The position numbers and the translations under genes were made by a program. From an uncultured Acidobacteriota bacterium (GTDB lineage Bacteria > Acidobacteriota > Blastocatellia > RBC074): 64,000 bases of DNA. Positions 1 through 10,320 of this stretch are shown piece after piece (the first letter of the stretch is position 1; each line of letters opens with the position of its first letter). The notes below the pieces were generated by a model. The model was not told where the DNA came from. It saw nothing but the letters and a program-made list of their open reading frames with translations, and ran no database searches. The DNA lies in the NCBI GenBank assembly GCA_963796275.1, contig CAWCKY010000006.1, positions 960,001 through 1,024,000 on the forward strand, read 5' to 3'.

Positions 1-1
1 G

Positions 2-679
2 CGTGGGCTGAAACTCATCAGCGTACATAAGGGCTACTCTTATCAGTCGGCCACGCTCGGACATCTGGCAAATCCGAAAGATGTCGAAAAGGCTGCGCTG
101 CAGTATCCTGATTTCAATTTCGTTGTTTACCATTCCGCCCTGAAACATGGGCCCGGCGAACGGGGGCTGAAACATAAGGATGAATGGGTCGAGAAAAATC
201 TCTACAATCCGACCACCGGCGATTTCGAGTGGCACAATGTGTTGATGGATATCAAAAAGCGCAATCCCAACATAAACAATGTCTATCCGGAGATCGGGAG
301 TTTCTTCGGGTCTCTCGCTATTGCGCATCCCGAGATGGCGATGCATGGGATGGGCAAGAACATCAAACACTACGGCGCTGACCACGTCATCTGGGGTACG
401 GATTGCCTGTGGTGGGGATCGCCGCAATGGGTGATCGACGCATTCAAACGATTCCAGATCAGCGATGAGTTCTGCGAGAAATTCGGCTACCAGAAGATAT
501 CGAAAGAAGACAAGGCCAAAATCTTCGGTTTGAACGCCGCGCGTCTGTATAAAATCGATGTGAATACCAAACGCAAAGCTCTTCCGGCCGATGCGCTTGA
601 GAAATTGAAAATGGCTTACCACGAAAAGGGTGGCCAACGCAGCAATGCGGCTTACGGCTGGGTTCGAGCGAACGACTGA
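2..679 (+). CDS. Amidohydrolase family (amidohydro_2-like) protein, 5' end outside window
   Basis: The frame is open from base 2 ([11 protein letters not shown]...[10 protein letters not shown]...) into the 239..679 ORF. Motifs VHKG, VVYH, YPEIGS, VIWGTD and [11 protein letters not shown] are typical of the amidohydro_2 TIM barrel. Confidence 0.85.
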   Translation, partial: RGLKLISVHKGYSYQSATLGHLANPKDVEKAALQYPDFNFVVYHSALKHGPGERGLKHKDEWVEKNLYNPTTGDFEWHNVLMDIKKRNPNINNVYPEIGSFFGSLAIAHPEMAMHGMGKNIKHYGADHVIWGTDCLWWGSPQWVIDAFKRFQISDEFCEKFGYQKISKEDKAKIFGLNAARLYKIDVNTKRKALPADALEKLKMAYHEKGGQRSNAAYGWVRAND

Positions 680-770
680 GCCGAACAGCAAGGGCTTCTG
701 GCTCTCAAGACCGACAACGTTGATAACAATCAACTTTAACTGGCACACCCTTCATATATTTAGGAATCAG

Positions 771-834
771 GTTCACCACAAACTTCTCACATAAAGGGAC
801 GAATGCTGGTCTATCTCGGGTTTTTGTGGTGAAT
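771..834. repeat. Short palindromic element, TTCACCACAAA...TTTGTGGTGAAT family (copy 1)
   Basis: Arms GTTCACCACAAA (771) and TTTGTGGTGAAT (823-834). Related ends recur near 4863, 18162 and 63560. Confidence 0.65.
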
Positions 835-868
835 CATTTCCCCCTGTTCCGGAGGTCGTCATCCTATT

Positions 869-1816
869 ATGAAACCGGCCTTTTTCAATGCGGTATTGCT
901 TGCTTCGGCGCTGGTTTTGTCGGCGTTGTCAGACCAGTCAACTCGCGAAACACCAGCGGCCGATAAGACGGCGGTAGTGCAGATCCCCGAAGCGCATTTT
1001 CATCACCTCCACCTCAATACCGCTGACCCGCGATCGGCAATCGATTTTTACACGAGTAAATTCGACTGCGAGAAATCTCGTTTTGCGGGATCGATGGATG
1101 CTGTATGGGCGCAAAAATCGTGGCTGCTCTTCACCAAAGTAAACCGACCTCCCGCGTGGGAACTGACTTCGGCTATCTGGCATTTCGGCTGGGGAGCAGA
1201 GGACATGAAGGCTACCTACGAAAAGCATCTGTCATCGGGAACGAAGTTTTTCACGCCCCTGACGGACATCAGCGACATCGCCAATCCGAACGCGCCGCCG
1301 GGAAGATTCTTTTATGCATATATCGAGAGTCCTGACAAGGCTCTGATCGAGATCAACACCGCGCAGCATCATCAGTTCGGACATCTGCACCTGTTCAGCG
1401 CCGACCCGGTTTCGGCGGGCGAATGGTATATGAAGTATTTGGGCGCCAGGCGGCGGTCAACGTCCGCTCCGTCGCGCGAGCCGCGCTTTTATCGCGGTCA
1501 CCAGGTTGGACCGGCTGCATCGCTCGTGATGGACAATGTGAACATAATCATCTATCCCGTTGAGTACACAAAGAAGGCTTACGCGGATCATTGGAAAGGT
1601 AGAATCGGGATCGAATCGACCAGAGGCCGGGTTGTGGATCATGTCGGATTTAGCTTCGACGACCTTGCCGATGTTTTGGACAAGCTGCGGAAAGATGGCG
1701 TGAAAGTAACCGACGAGATTCGCTCGATTGCCGGAGGAAAGGTAAAATCGGCATTCATCGAAGGGCCGGATAAAATTCGCATCGAATTGGTCGAAGGCCA
1801 CGCAAGACAGGAGTGA
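869..1816 (+). CDS. Exported VOC/glyoxalase-fold protein with tandem VOC domains
   Basis: N-terminal signal-like hydrophobic stretch. Repeated VOC motifs FHHLHL, WHFGW, LIEI, FGHLHL, DHVGF and GPDKIRIELVE. GGAGG SD at ~850. Confidence 0.8.
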   Translation: MKPAFFNAVLLASALVLSALSDQSTRETPAADKTAVVQIPEAHFHHLHLNTADPRSAIDFYTSKFDCEKSRFAGSMDAVWAQKSWLLFTKVNRPPAWELTSAIWHFGWGAEDMKATYEKHLSSGTKFFTPLTDISDIANPNAPPGRFFYAYIESPDKALIEINTAQHHQFGHLHLFSADPVSAGEWYMKYLGARRRSTSAPSREPRFYRGHQVGPAASLVMDNVNIIIYPVEYTKKAYADHWKGRIGIESTRGRVVDHVGFSFDDLADVLDKLRKDGVKVTDEIRSIAGGKVKSAFIEGPDKIRIELVEGHARQE

Positions 1817-1842
1817 TCAACCGTTTTTTGGAGGAATAGTAT

Positions 1843-2814
1843 ATGCGAGGATTATTTATAGCTTCTATTTTGCTCATTCAATTTCCATCTTATTATTATT
1901 TAGCCCAGCAGGACAAATTGGAGGGGCGCTGGGAAGGGAAGGTACAAACAGCTCAGGGCGAACGAGCCACGACCGTGATTTTCAAGAAGGAAGGCGAGAC
2001 ATATACGGGAAGGACGTCCAGCCTTCGGCAAGGTCAGGAGATCCTGATCAAAGATATTAAGATAGATGGCGACAAAGTTACGGCCAAAGCCGATGTCGAT
2101 ACACCCCAGGCCGCGGTCACCATCACCTACACTTTTACGCTCGCCGGGGAGACGATGAAGGGGGAGGGTGCCGTTGATTTCGGTGGGCAAAATTTCACTT
2201 TTGACATCGATCTCAAGCGCGTAAGCAATGACACCGCGGGGTCACTGGAATCTCAAACTCAAACCCAGGCCCAAAACCAACCCCAACCCCAACAACAAAA
2301 CCAACCGCAAGCACAATCGGGGGGGCAGCAGCGTTCGCGATCGAATGTCCCTCAACCGCAGCAGAAGCAATCGATTGATTATTTCACCGGCCGATGGAGC
2401 TTCAAGTATATCGGCCGTGAGAGCGCATTGTGGCCTGCGCCTCGCGAGGGCGTCGCGACCTTCACCAAACGCGCGGACGGCAAATCGGTCGAAGGCGTTA
2501 CCGAAGGAAATGCGGATGGGAACATCTTTAAAGAAACATCCGTTATTGCATTCGACGATTCTAGTAAGATGCTGACTTTCACTGAAAAACTCGCGCGCGG
2601 TGCCGTACTGAACAGCAAAGCCGATTGGACGAGCCCGATCTCGATTCGCTTCGCGGTCGAGCCGGTCAAGCTCAAGGGCCAGACCTTGCAGTTGCGCCGC
2701 ACCATCAGCGTTATCGCGGCTCATACCTTTACAGTTACTGAAGAATTGTCGGAAGACGGAGGGCCATTTGTGCGATTGGGCAGCGCTGTATTCACAAAAG
2801 ACGGGGCGAAATAA
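1843..2814 (+). CDS. Secreted hypothetical protein, two beta-rich domains joined by a Gln/Pro-rich linker
   Basis: GGAGG SD and signal peptide. Both domains begin with a GxW motif (LEGRWEG, FTGRWSF). The linker is [21 protein letters not shown]. Confidence 0.8.
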   Translation: MRGLFIASILLIQFPSYYYLAQQDKLEGRWEGKVQTAQGERATTVIFKKEGETYTGRTSSLRQGQEILIKDIKIDGDKVTAKADVDTPQAAVTITYTFTLAGETMKGEGAVDFGGQNFTFDIDLKRVSNDTAGSLESQTQTQAQNQPQPQQQNQPQAQSGGQQRSRSNVPQPQQKQSIDYFTGRWSFKYIGRESALWPAPREGVATFTKRADGKSVEGVTEGNADGNIFKETSVIAFDDSSKMLTFTEKLARGAVLNSKADWTSPISIRFAVEPVKLKGQTLQLRRTISVIAAHTFTVTEELSEDGGPFVRLGSAVFTKDGAK

Positions 2815-2929
2815 GTTTTTAGTTTTCAGTTTTTAGTTTTCAGTTTTCGATCAAAGACTCCCCAACAGTAACCCGAAGGCTGAAAACTGCTGAAACTGCT
2901 GAAAACTAAAAACTGAAAACTGAAAACTA
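2814..2929. repeat. Heptamer tandem-repeat palindrome (AGTTTT[T/C])n...([G/A]AAAACT)n
   Basis: Five AGTTTTY units at 2814-2848 and four complementary RAAAACT units at 2901-2928. The same 7-mer occurs at 48185-48342. Confidence 0.85.
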
Positions 2930-2941
2930 TTTTCTGGGAGA

Positions 2942-4888
2942 TTGAAATTGCGACGATTCATCGGTCTTCTACTCATCACAATCATCAGTTTAACGCCGAT
3001 AGCTGCTCAGCATAGCTCTAAGAAAGGCGAATGGCGTTTTTATGGCGGCGACAACGGCAGCACGAAATATTCGGCGCTCGACCTGATTAACCGGGAGAAT
3101 GCCGGCAAATTGAAGATCGCGTGGACCTGGGATTCGCCCGATCTGACTCTTCAAAAAGAGAACCGGATGCTGAGTTCGTTTGCCTACGAGACTACCCCGC
3201 TCATGGTGGGCGGCGTGCTTTACGTCAGCACATCGCTCAGTCAGATTGCAGCGGTCAATGCGCGGACGGGTGAAACGATCTGGGTCTTCAATCCGGAGAG
3301 CTACAAGACCGGACGCCCCACTAATCTCGGCTACGTCCATCGTGGCACGTCTTATTGGACCGATGGTAAATCGGAACGCCTTTTCATCGCTACCGGGGAT
3401 GCCTATTTGTGGGCGGTCGATGCGAAGACCGGCAAAGCCGTCGACGCATTCGGAGAGGGAGGTAAGATAAATCTCGCCCGGGCGATTCCCCTCGCACAAA
3501 ATGCGCGCAATTACGCGGTGACATCGCCGCCCGTAATATGCCGCGATGTTGTTATAGTGGGAGCGTCGATCTTCGACGGGCCGACCAATAAGGAGATGCC
3601 GCGCGGCGACATTCAGGCGTTCGATGCCCGCACGGGTAAGCCGCTCTGGATTTTTCATTCAATCCCGCAGGCAGGCGAGTACGGCGTTGAATCCTGGGAG
3701 AGCGACTCGTGGAAATATTCGGGCAATACCAACGTCTGGACGTTGATGAGCGCCGATGAAGAGCTAGGTTATGTCTATCTGCCATTCGGGACGCCGACCA
3801 ACGATTGGTACGGCGGACACCGGCCCGGCAACAATTTGTTCGCCGAATCGCTGGTCTGTCTAGATGCGAAGACGGGCAAGCGCGTCTGGCATTTTCAAAC
3901 GGTTCATCACGGACTGTGGGATTACGATCTGCCCGCCGCTCCTGTGCTCTGTGACATCGCGGTCGGGGGGCGCAGGATCAAGGCCGTAGCTCAGATCACA
4001 AAGACCGGATTCACCTTCGTTTTCGACCGCACGAACGGCAAACCGGTCTGGCCCATAGAAGAGCGGGCTGTCCCGCAATCGAAGGTGGAAGGCGAACGCA
4101 CATCGCCGACGCAGCCATTCCCGACGAAGCCGGCTCCCTTTGAGCTGCAGGGCGCAATCGTCGAGAACCTCATCGATTTCACCCCGGAATTACGTGAAGA
4201 AGCCAAGAAGATTCTCGAAAAGTACGACCACGGTCCGATCTTTACACCGCCGACCGAGCGGGGAACGATCAACCTGCCGGGCTGGGCGGGGGGCGGCAAC
4301 TGGTGGGGCGCAGCGTTCGATCCGCAGACTGGAATCTTCTACATCCCTTCGATCACATCGCCGATCGTGGTCAAGCTGAGCAAACCCGATCCAGCCCGTT
4401 CAAATTTCACATACGTGCGCGGGGGCCCGGCATTCGGCGGAAGCGTCGAAGGGCCGAGTGGATTGCCGCTATTCAAACCGCCATATGGCCGCATTACGGC
4501 GATCAATTTGAATAAGGGCGAGCATATCTGGATGATCCCGCACGGCGACGGTCCGCGGCAAAAATTTAGTGAAATATTAGGCAAAGACGTGGGCGCATTG
4601 GGAGCGGGAGGTGGCGGACCTCTGCTCACCAAGACATTGTTGTTCATCGGTCAGGGCGCGGGAGGGCGCGGCGGTCGCTCGGGTGGCGGCGCAAATGTGC
4701 TCCGAGCCTTCGATAAAGCCACGGGAAAAGTGGTTGCGGTCATCGATCTGCCTGGGACGCCGAGCGGGACTCCCATGACCTATCTCGCAGGCGGAAAGCA
4801 ATATATTGTATTGGCGGTAAATGACGGCCGGTTGGTAGCGCTCAGTTTACCCGAAGAAGGAGATTCACCACAAAAATCACAAAAGTGA
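2942..4888 (+). CDS. Periplasmic PQQ-dependent dehydrogenase (quinoprotein glucose dehydrogenase-like)
   Basis: Signal peptide, WRFYGGD...KYS.L.IN, TPLMVGG.LY, repeated Trp-docking motifs ([12 protein letters not shown]), [17 protein letters not shown] and PMTY..GGKQY. The TTG at 2948 fits the GGGAG SD spacing better than 2942. Confidence 0.9.
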   Translation: MKLRRFIGLLLITIISLTPIAAQHSSKKGEWRFYGGDNGSTKYSALDLINRENAGKLKIAWTWDSPDLTLQKENRMLSSFAYETTPLMVGGVLYVSTSLSQIAAVNARTGETIWVFNPESYKTGRPTNLGYVHRGTSYWTDGKSERLFIATGDAYLWAVDAKTGKAVDAFGEGGKINLARAIPLAQNARNYAVTSPPVICRDVVIVGASIFDGPTNKEMPRGDIQAFDARTGKPLWIFHSIPQAGEYGVESWESDSWKYSGNTNVWTLMSADEELGYVYLPFGTPTNDWYGGHRPGNNLFAESLVCLDAKTGKRVWHFQTVHHGLWDYDLPAAPVLCDIAVGGRRIKAVAQITKTGFTFVFDRTNGKPVWPIEERAVPQSKVEGERTSPTQPFPTKPAPFELQGAIVENLIDFTPELREEAKKILEKYDHGPIFTPPTERGTINLPGWAGGGNWWGAAFDPQTGIFYIPSITSPIVVKLSKPDPARSNFTYVRGGPAFGGSVEGPSGLPLFKPPYGRITAINLNKGEHIWMIPHGDGPRQKFSEILGKDVGALGAGGGGPLLTKTLLFIGQGAGGRGGRSGGGANVLRAFDKATGKVVAVIDLPGTPSGTPMTYLAGGKQYIVLAVNDGRLVALSLPEEGDSPQKSQK

Positions 4889-4947
4889 CAACAGCGATAA
4901 AATAGAAATAAAGATGCTTGGATCTATATTTTGTGAGCTTTGCGGGG
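4863..4947. repeat. ATTCACCACAAA-family palindromic element (copy 2), overlapping the 3' end of the PQQ gene
   Basis: ATTCACCACAAAAATCACAAAA (4863-4884) pairs imperfectly with TTTTGTGAGCTTTGCGGGG (4929-4947). Confidence 0.5.
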
Positions 4948-5011
4948 CGCGTGGGAAATCCGGCTTCGAATTTGCTTCCACGCCTAATTGACCATCGCGG
5001 GAGAGGAATCT

Positions 5012-5560
5012 ATGTTGCGCAATCTTTTGAGCTTACTCTTGTTTTTATTTGCCACGGTAATCCCGGTTTTCTCTCAATTACCTCCGGAAGCGGTAGAACT
5101 CGACAAGGTTAAAATTCCCGAGACGCAGAAATCGGAAGACCTGTGTCCGGTTTATCTCGAAGCATCCGACCGTAAGTCACCGACGTGGGAGTACAAGGGA
5201 ATGAAATATCGCGGCAGCAGGCCGGATGCTCAGGAGAAATTTTTCAAGGATCCTGACAAATTCGCCGAGGCAGCTAAGAAGCAACGTTGGATCAATAACT
5301 TTATGCAGGCGATGAGTGTCGTCTGGTGCCCGGTGACCGATCAGATCACCCCGGGCGGGATGTTGCAATGGAAAAGGTTTGGGGTGACATTTGAGAGCTG
5401 TTGTTCGTTCTGCGATGAGAATGCGAAGGAAGAAGATTTCCCAAAAGGCCTGGAGACGCTGAAAAAACGCGCCGAATTGGCTTACGCGATGACGGGCGGA
5501 AAATATACCGAGGGCGCGAAGAGCCCGGTTGAAGGAGCGATCAAGAAGCCGAAATCATAA
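5012..5560 (+). CDS. Exported protein with YHS/TRASH-like Cys motifs (putative metal-binding)
   Basis: SD GAGAGGA before ATG 5012 and a signal peptide. CPV...WEYKGMKY...EKFFKDPDKF resembles YHS, and a second motif reads CPVT...FESCCSFC. Confidence 0.65.
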   Translation: MLRNLLSLLLFLFATVIPVFSQLPPEAVELDKVKIPETQKSEDLCPVYLEASDRKSPTWEYKGMKYRGSRPDAQEKFFKDPDKFAEAAKKQRWINNFMQAMSVVWCPVTDQITPGGMLQWKRFGVTFESCCSFCDENAKEEDFPKGLETLKKRAELAYAMTGGKYTEGAKSPVEGAIKKPKS

Positions 5561-5605
5561 CGGTGCGGAAATTTAGTATTGCGATATCACCACGGATACA
5601 CCAGG

Positions 5606-6616
5606 ATGCGAAAGATCAGCACGGGTATTATCGGCTTTAAATTTCTGGCCGTCTTTTCGGTAATGTCATTGTTGCTTGCGTCTGCGGCCGCCGTCCAAAA
5701 TAACACGCCGAAAAAAACGCGCGACCCCAAAGCCTGGGGCGGCAACCATGTGGGCAAGCCCATTCCCGAGTATGTTCAGGGTGACGAATGCCTCTTTTGT
5801 CATCGCAACGATATCGGTCCAGACTGGCAGAAAAATTCGCACGGATTGACAGTGCGTGATCGGGAGAGCGCGCCCGAGATTCTGGCCTTGCTCAAGGAAA
5901 ACGCTGCGCTCGAGAAGTTAGTGCCGGAAGTCGAGTTTTTAATGGGCAGCCGTCATCGCGTTCGTTTTCTCAAAAAAGCGGGTTACGGTAAGTTTGCGCT
6001 GCTCAATGTGCAAGCGTCACTCGACAATAATCATAAGATAGAAAAGTGGGTTCAGTTGGAGAAGCCCAGCTGGGATAATGACAAATTTGCGAATAGCTGC
6101 GCCGGCTGCCACTCGACCGCCGTCGATCCGGCAACCAAAACATTTACGGCATTCAGCCTCGATTGTTATACCTGTCACGGTGACGTGAATCTGGAACACA
6201 GCAAAGATACCTCGCTCGTCCTCCTATCGAAGAAGCGCCGCAACGATGTAAAGGTAATCACCTCGCTCTGCGCGCAGTGCCATCTGCGCGAGGCGAGGGC
6301 ATTGTCTACCGGGTTGCCTTATCCGAACAACTTCGTCGCGGGCGATAATCTATTTCAGGATTTTGGTGCGGATTTATCGAGGGCAAAAGATCCGCAATTG
6401 AATGCCGGCGATCGGCATGTCTGGCGAAACGTGCGCGATGTTGCGATAAACGGTGATGAAACTATCAGTTGTTTGAACTGTCATCAGGTTCACGCCAATT
6501 CAAGTTTTAAACACAGGCGCGTCTTGCGCGCACCCATTTGCTCGGAATGTCATCTAGGATCCGGGTTTAAAGAGATTAAGCGTTTTGTCGTTCGGAGCGG
6601 GCTTTGCGAATATTGA
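5606..6616 (+). CDS. Multiheme (6 CxxCH) periplasmic cytochrome c
   Basis: Motifs CLFCH, CAGCH, CYTCH, CAQCH, CLNCH and CSECH, plus an N-terminal signal peptide ending ASAAA. Confidence 0.88.
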   Translation: MRKISTGIIGFKFLAVFSVMSLLLASAAAVQNNTPKKTRDPKAWGGNHVGKPIPEYVQGDECLFCHRNDIGPDWQKNSHGLTVRDRESAPEILALLKENAALEKLVPEVEFLMGSRHRVRFLKKAGYGKFALLNVQASLDNNHKIEKWVQLEKPSWDNDKFANSCAGCHSTAVDPATKTFTAFSLDCYTCHGDVNLEHSKDTSLVLLSKKRRNDVKVITSLCAQCHLREARALSTGLPYPNNFVAGDNLFQDFGADLSRAKDPQLNAGDRHVWRNVRDVAINGDETISCLNCHQVHANSSFKHRRVLRAPICSECHLGSGFKEIKRFVVRSGLCEY

Positions 6617-6674
6617 CTAACTCACCACCCCTGCGTGGCGGGCGATCCATAAACGATTGACTGAGATACACTTG

Positions 6675-6959
6675 CTAGCACTCGCGCGGTCGATTTCCCT
6701 CTCGATATCGTAAGCATTCTTCCAATACCTTGCGATACTCTATTACATCCACATCGCGCTCGCAGCAGAGCAACATGAGGCAGCCATCGTCTCGAAAATT
6801 ATCATCCCACTCGATGACTGATTCGTCAGACCAGGTCGAATCGTACTGCTGCATCTTTTCATCGGGCATCCGGTCGAAATAAGCACGCAGGTTGATGCCG
6901 GTCTCATCCATCGGTTCGTCGGAGGGGGATTGTTCGAAGTTCCAGGCTGTCTGTTCCAT
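6675..6959 (-). CDS. Small acidic hypothetical protein
   Basis: ORF from ATG 6959 ([10 protein letters not shown]...LLCCERDVD...) with an AT-rich upstream region. Confidence 0.6.
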   Translation of the reverse strand: MEQTAWNFEQSPSDEPMDETGINLRAYFDRMPDEKMQQYDSTWSDESVIEWDDNFRDDGCLMLLCCERDVDVIEYRKVLEECLRYREGNRPREC

Positions 6960-7117
6960 ATTGTTATTATTATAAAAATGATTGAATAAATCGGTTATTA
7001 TTCTGCATGAGTTAGCAGGTGACGTCAAATTCCTATGAACTAAATTATTAAGATAAGCGTATCTGCAATGGCCCGTACAAATACTTATTAGATAGTTGAA
7101 AAACCGAGGAACAAGTT

Positions 7118-7837
7118 ATGACATCAAATCCAGGTTCGACTCTGCCGCTGATTTTGATGGAAGACATAACAAGGGAATTCCGCCAGGGAGGCGTCGTAAC
7201 GCACGTATTGAATGGTGTTGATCTGACTGTCAGTCGTGGTGAGTTCATTGTAGTCTTCGGCCCCTCAGGGTGCGGTAAATCGACTTTGCTGGCGCTTATG
7301 GGTTTGTTGGATTCTCCAACCGCCGGTCTCTACTGTTTCGGCGGTCAACCCGTACAAGATCTGAAACTATCGGACCGTGCGCGCATCCGCAATCAGGAGA
7401 TCGGCTTCGTCTTTCAAAGCTTCAATCTTATCGGTGATATGTCGGTCTTCGAAAACATCGAGCAGCCATTGAGCTATCTCAAGATGAAACCGTCGTACCG
7501 CAAAGATCGGGTGATGGAGGTGCTCGGCCAGGTTGGAATCGCGGACCGCGTGCGCCATCGTCCGAGTCAGCTTTCCGGCGGGCATCAGCAACTCGTCTCT
7601 ATCGCGCGCGCAATTGTCTGCCAACCGACCATACTGCTTGCCGATGAGCCTACCGGAAATCTGGATTCAGCTAACGGTGAGATGGTGATGAACCTTCTCA
7701 AGCAATTGCATACGAATGGCACAACCGTATGCCTGGTTACGCACGACCCGCGCTTCCTGCACCTCGCTGATCAGAAAATAGGTATGCTGGACGGAAAAAT
7801 GTTCAAAGGTGAAGAGGCAATGTCGATCAGACTGTAG
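7118..7837 (+). CDS. ABC transporter ATP-binding protein (MacB/LolD type), no adjacent permease
   Basis: Walker A GPSGCGKST, Q-loop GFVFQSFNL, signature LSGGHQQ, Walker B ILLADEPTGNLD, H-loop VTHD. Confidence 0.92.
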   Translation: MTSNPGSTLPLILMEDITREFRQGGVVTHVLNGVDLTVSRGEFIVVFGPSGCGKSTLLALMGLLDSPTAGLYCFGGQPVQDLKLSDRARIRNQEIGFVFQSFNLIGDMSVFENIEQPLSYLKMKPSYRKDRVMEVLGQVGIADRVRHRPSQLSGGHQQLVSIARAIVCQPTILLADEPTGNLDSANGEMVMNLLKQLHTNGTTVCLVTHDPRFLHLADQKIGMLDGKMFKGEEAMSIRL

Positions 7838-7908
7838 AGCAGGAGGCTGGGGGCATTCGATCCGACAGTGCTGCAGAAGGCAGCCAGGGCTCAACCCTGA
7901 AAACCTTC

Positions 7909-9171
7909 TCAAATCCTTTGGGTAATGGGTTTAGATTCAATGCCATCAAGATAAACTCCGATGGGGTGCTCGATACCAGTGAAATAAGCGAGTTCGCGAT
8001 AATCGCTGCAATCATGAATCACAAAATTTGCGCGCTTACCTGTTTCGAGCGAACCGATCTCATCGCCGCGGCCGAGGCTGTAGGCGGCGTTGATCGTTGA
8101 CGCCGTGATCGCTTCGGCCGGCGTCATCTTCATCTGCGTCGAAGCTAGGGATAAGACGAGCAACATCGATGGTACGGGCGATGATCCGGGATTGAAATCG
8201 GTTGCGATGACGGCGGCGAGGCCCGCATCAATCATTGCGCGCGCGTCCGGATAGCGCTGCGAGCCGAGCATGAGGACTGCGGCCGGTAACAAGACTGGTT
8301 GTATCCCGCCAGCCTTCAGTATCGAGATTTCGGGCGTGCCTGCGTGTTCGAGATGATCGGCGGTCGATGCCCCGAGCTCTGCCGCGAGTTCTGCGCCGCC
8401 GCTCAGTGAGAGTTGATCCGCGTGAATCCGCAGACCCAGGCCGAGTACCCTCGCTGCCAGCAGGATCCGGCGCGATTCTGCGACGGTGAACGCCCCTTCC
8501 TCGCAGAATACGTCACAATAATCAGCCAGTCTTTCACGAGCCACGCGCGGGAGCATCTCTTCGATGATCAGATCGACGTATGCAGACCTATTCCCTCGAA
8601 ACTCATCTGGCACGACATGCGCGCCAAGAAAAGTCGGTACAAATGTTCCCGGCATCTCAGCATTCAGCCGCCGAATAACGCGCAGCATTTTCAATTCGTC
8701 TTCGATACTCAGTCCGTATCCGGACTTCGCTTCCACCGTCGTCGTGCCAGTTCGCCGAAACCATTGGCAGTAGCGTTTGGAGGTTTCAAACAGATCATCC
8801 TCGCCAGCCGCGCGCGTCTTCGTGACTGTCGATCTTATGCCGCCACCCGCCGCAGCGATCTCCTGATAAGTCGCTCCGCTTGCGCGCATCTCGAATTCAT
8901 CGAGGCGATCGCCTGCGAAGACCGGATGCGTATGGGCATCGACGAAGCCGGGCATTACGATGCGACCACCTGCATCGATAAGCTCGTAGCCCGCGAGCGT
9001 CGGCTCGATTTCATGCCTGGTTCCGGTTCGTTCGATTCGCCCATCGCGGATCGACATCGCGCCGTTCGAGATGATCGCCAGATCGCGCATCTCGAAGCCG
9101 ATGCGCGGGCGGCGAGGGCCGTTGAGTGTGATGAGCTGTGAAACATTGATGACCGCGAAATTGCCGCTCAT
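7909..9171 (-). CDS. hutI: Imidazolonepropionase
   Basis: [37 protein letters not shown] and [10 protein letters not shown]. The ATG overlaps the hutG stop (TAATG). Confidence 0.95.
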   Translation of the reverse strand: MSGNFAVINVSQLITLNGPRRPRIGFEMRDLAIISNGAMSIRDGRIERTGTRHEIEPTLAGYELIDAGGRIVMPGFVDAHTHPVFAGDRLDEFEMRASGATYQEIAAAGGGIRSTVTKTRAAGEDDLFETSKRYCQWFRRTGTTTVEAKSGYGLSIEDELKMLRVIRRLNAEMPGTFVPTFLGAHVVPDEFRGNRSAYVDLIIEEMLPRVARERLADYCDVFCEEGAFTVAESRRILLAARVLGLGLRIHADQLSLSGGAELAAELGASTADHLEHAGTPEISILKAGGIQPVLLPAAVLMLGSQRYPDARAMIDAGLAAVIATDFNPGSSPVPSMLLVLSLASTQMKMTPAEAITASTINAAYSLGRGDEIGSLETGKRANFVIHDCSDYRELAYFTGIEHPIGVYLDGIESKPITQRI

Positions 9172-10115
9172 TACAGTTTCTCGTGCTTTGCCGTTAACCT
9201 GGTCAATAGGCCGGAGGCAAATGAGAGTAAACATCCGCTGGTTGCAAGAACCGTCACGCCCGCGATGTCCTGCGTGGGATCGACCTCGACCAGATCGATC
9301 GCGCGCACTTTCTTGTGCACGCCACACAACCAGGCTACGCGCTGCAGCTCCCACGGAGTCAGACCGCCGGGGCGTGACCCCGGAGCGGCAGGCGCAAAGG
9401 TGCGGTCGAGCACATCGATGTCCAGATCGATGTAGATCGTTTTGACTCTCTCGGATAGATATTGAAAGGCTTCGTTCAGGTGCGTCTCGACTCCGTGAGC
9501 GCGCACCTGATCCATCGTCACGACGGTGATCCCGGCCTGGTTCGCGACGTCCGCATAGGCGCGAGAGTTGGCGAATGGCTGGATTCCGATCTGCACTATA
9601 TTTTCGCCGGGCAAACCGTCGGCCAGTATTGCGCGCACCGGATTGCCGTTGGTCAATCCGCCCGAGAGGTCGCGCAGGTCAAAATGCGCATCGAGCGTTA
9701 TGAGGCCGATGTCGGTAAGAGGATCCGGCAGACCATTGATTCCCGGACGCGTGATCGAGTTGTCGCCGCCGAGCAGGACTACGGCATCGGCTTCCACCAG
9801 AGCGCTGCAAACGGCATCGCGCAGAGGCTCGAGCGCATCCTCCGGTTTCATCTCGGCCAATGGAAGATCACCCAGGTCTCGCGCTTCGAGCTGATGCAGA
9901 TCGGTTTCCGCTTCGATGTCATAGCAACTGAACTTCTGCAACGCTGCCCGGACCGCCGACGGTGCCAGATCACATCTTCCCGGCGTGATCGATCCGAGGC
10001 GGAGCGGCGCGCCGAGCACCGCCAGTTTTCCCAGGGTCGTCTGGGCGTGGGTGCCGGAGAGCCATGCGCCTGCTCGCGGCCAGTAAGGATCGTTGTGGAT
10101 TTGTGTCTGTGCCAT
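9171..10115 (-). CDS. hutG: Formimidoylglutamase (arginase/ureohydrolase family)
   Basis: [19 protein letters not shown] and PGGL ureohydrolase motifs, located in a hut cluster. Confidence 0.85.
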   Translation of the reverse strand: MAQTQIHNDPYWPRAGAWLSGTHAQTTLGKLAVLGAPLRLGSITPGRCDLAPSAVRAALQKFSCYDIEAETDLHQLEARDLGDLPLAEMKPEDALEPLRDAVCSALVEADAVVLLGGDNSITRPGINGLPDPLTDIGLITLDAHFDLRDLSGGLTNGNPVRAILADGLPGENIVQIGIQPFANSRAYADVANQAGITVVTMDQVRAHGVETHLNEAFQYLSERVKTIYIDLDIDVLDRTFAPAAPGSRPGGLTPWELQRVAWLCGVHKKVRAIDLVEVDPTQDIAGVTVLATSGCLLSFASGLLTRLTAKHEKL

Positions 10116-10227
10116 CGCCTATTCTCCGTCCTTAAGCGGGAAACAAATATAGCGAAAAAACAAATGTGCAAAAGTATTGTCTTTCGGCTACGAGTACTCT
10201 GGTAACCAAGTATTTTGATTTTATGCT

Positions 10228-10290
10228 AGCCCGCGAAGCGGGTGATAGCATAAAGCCCAGGTGAAGCCGAAGTCAGAACCATGGGTATAG
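10228..10290. repeat. Truncated REP-like palindromic element
   Basis: AGCCCGCGAAGCGGG hairpin followed by CCCAGG...CCATGGG, directly upstream of the IS. Confidence 0.4.
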
Positions 10291-10320
10291 CAATATCAAA
10301 AAAACTTTTTTCCACAGTAC

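Noticed and set aside
748-765. Sigma54 promoter candidates (TGGCAC at ~750, and AGACACACTCTTTGC in the 27.6 kb block)
   Set aside because: The first lacks the -12 GC and the second lacks the invariant -24 GG.
2250-2330. CAAACC/CAACCC repeats as a phase-variable tract
   Set aside because: They are in-frame, degenerate codon repeats encoding a Gln/Pro linker.
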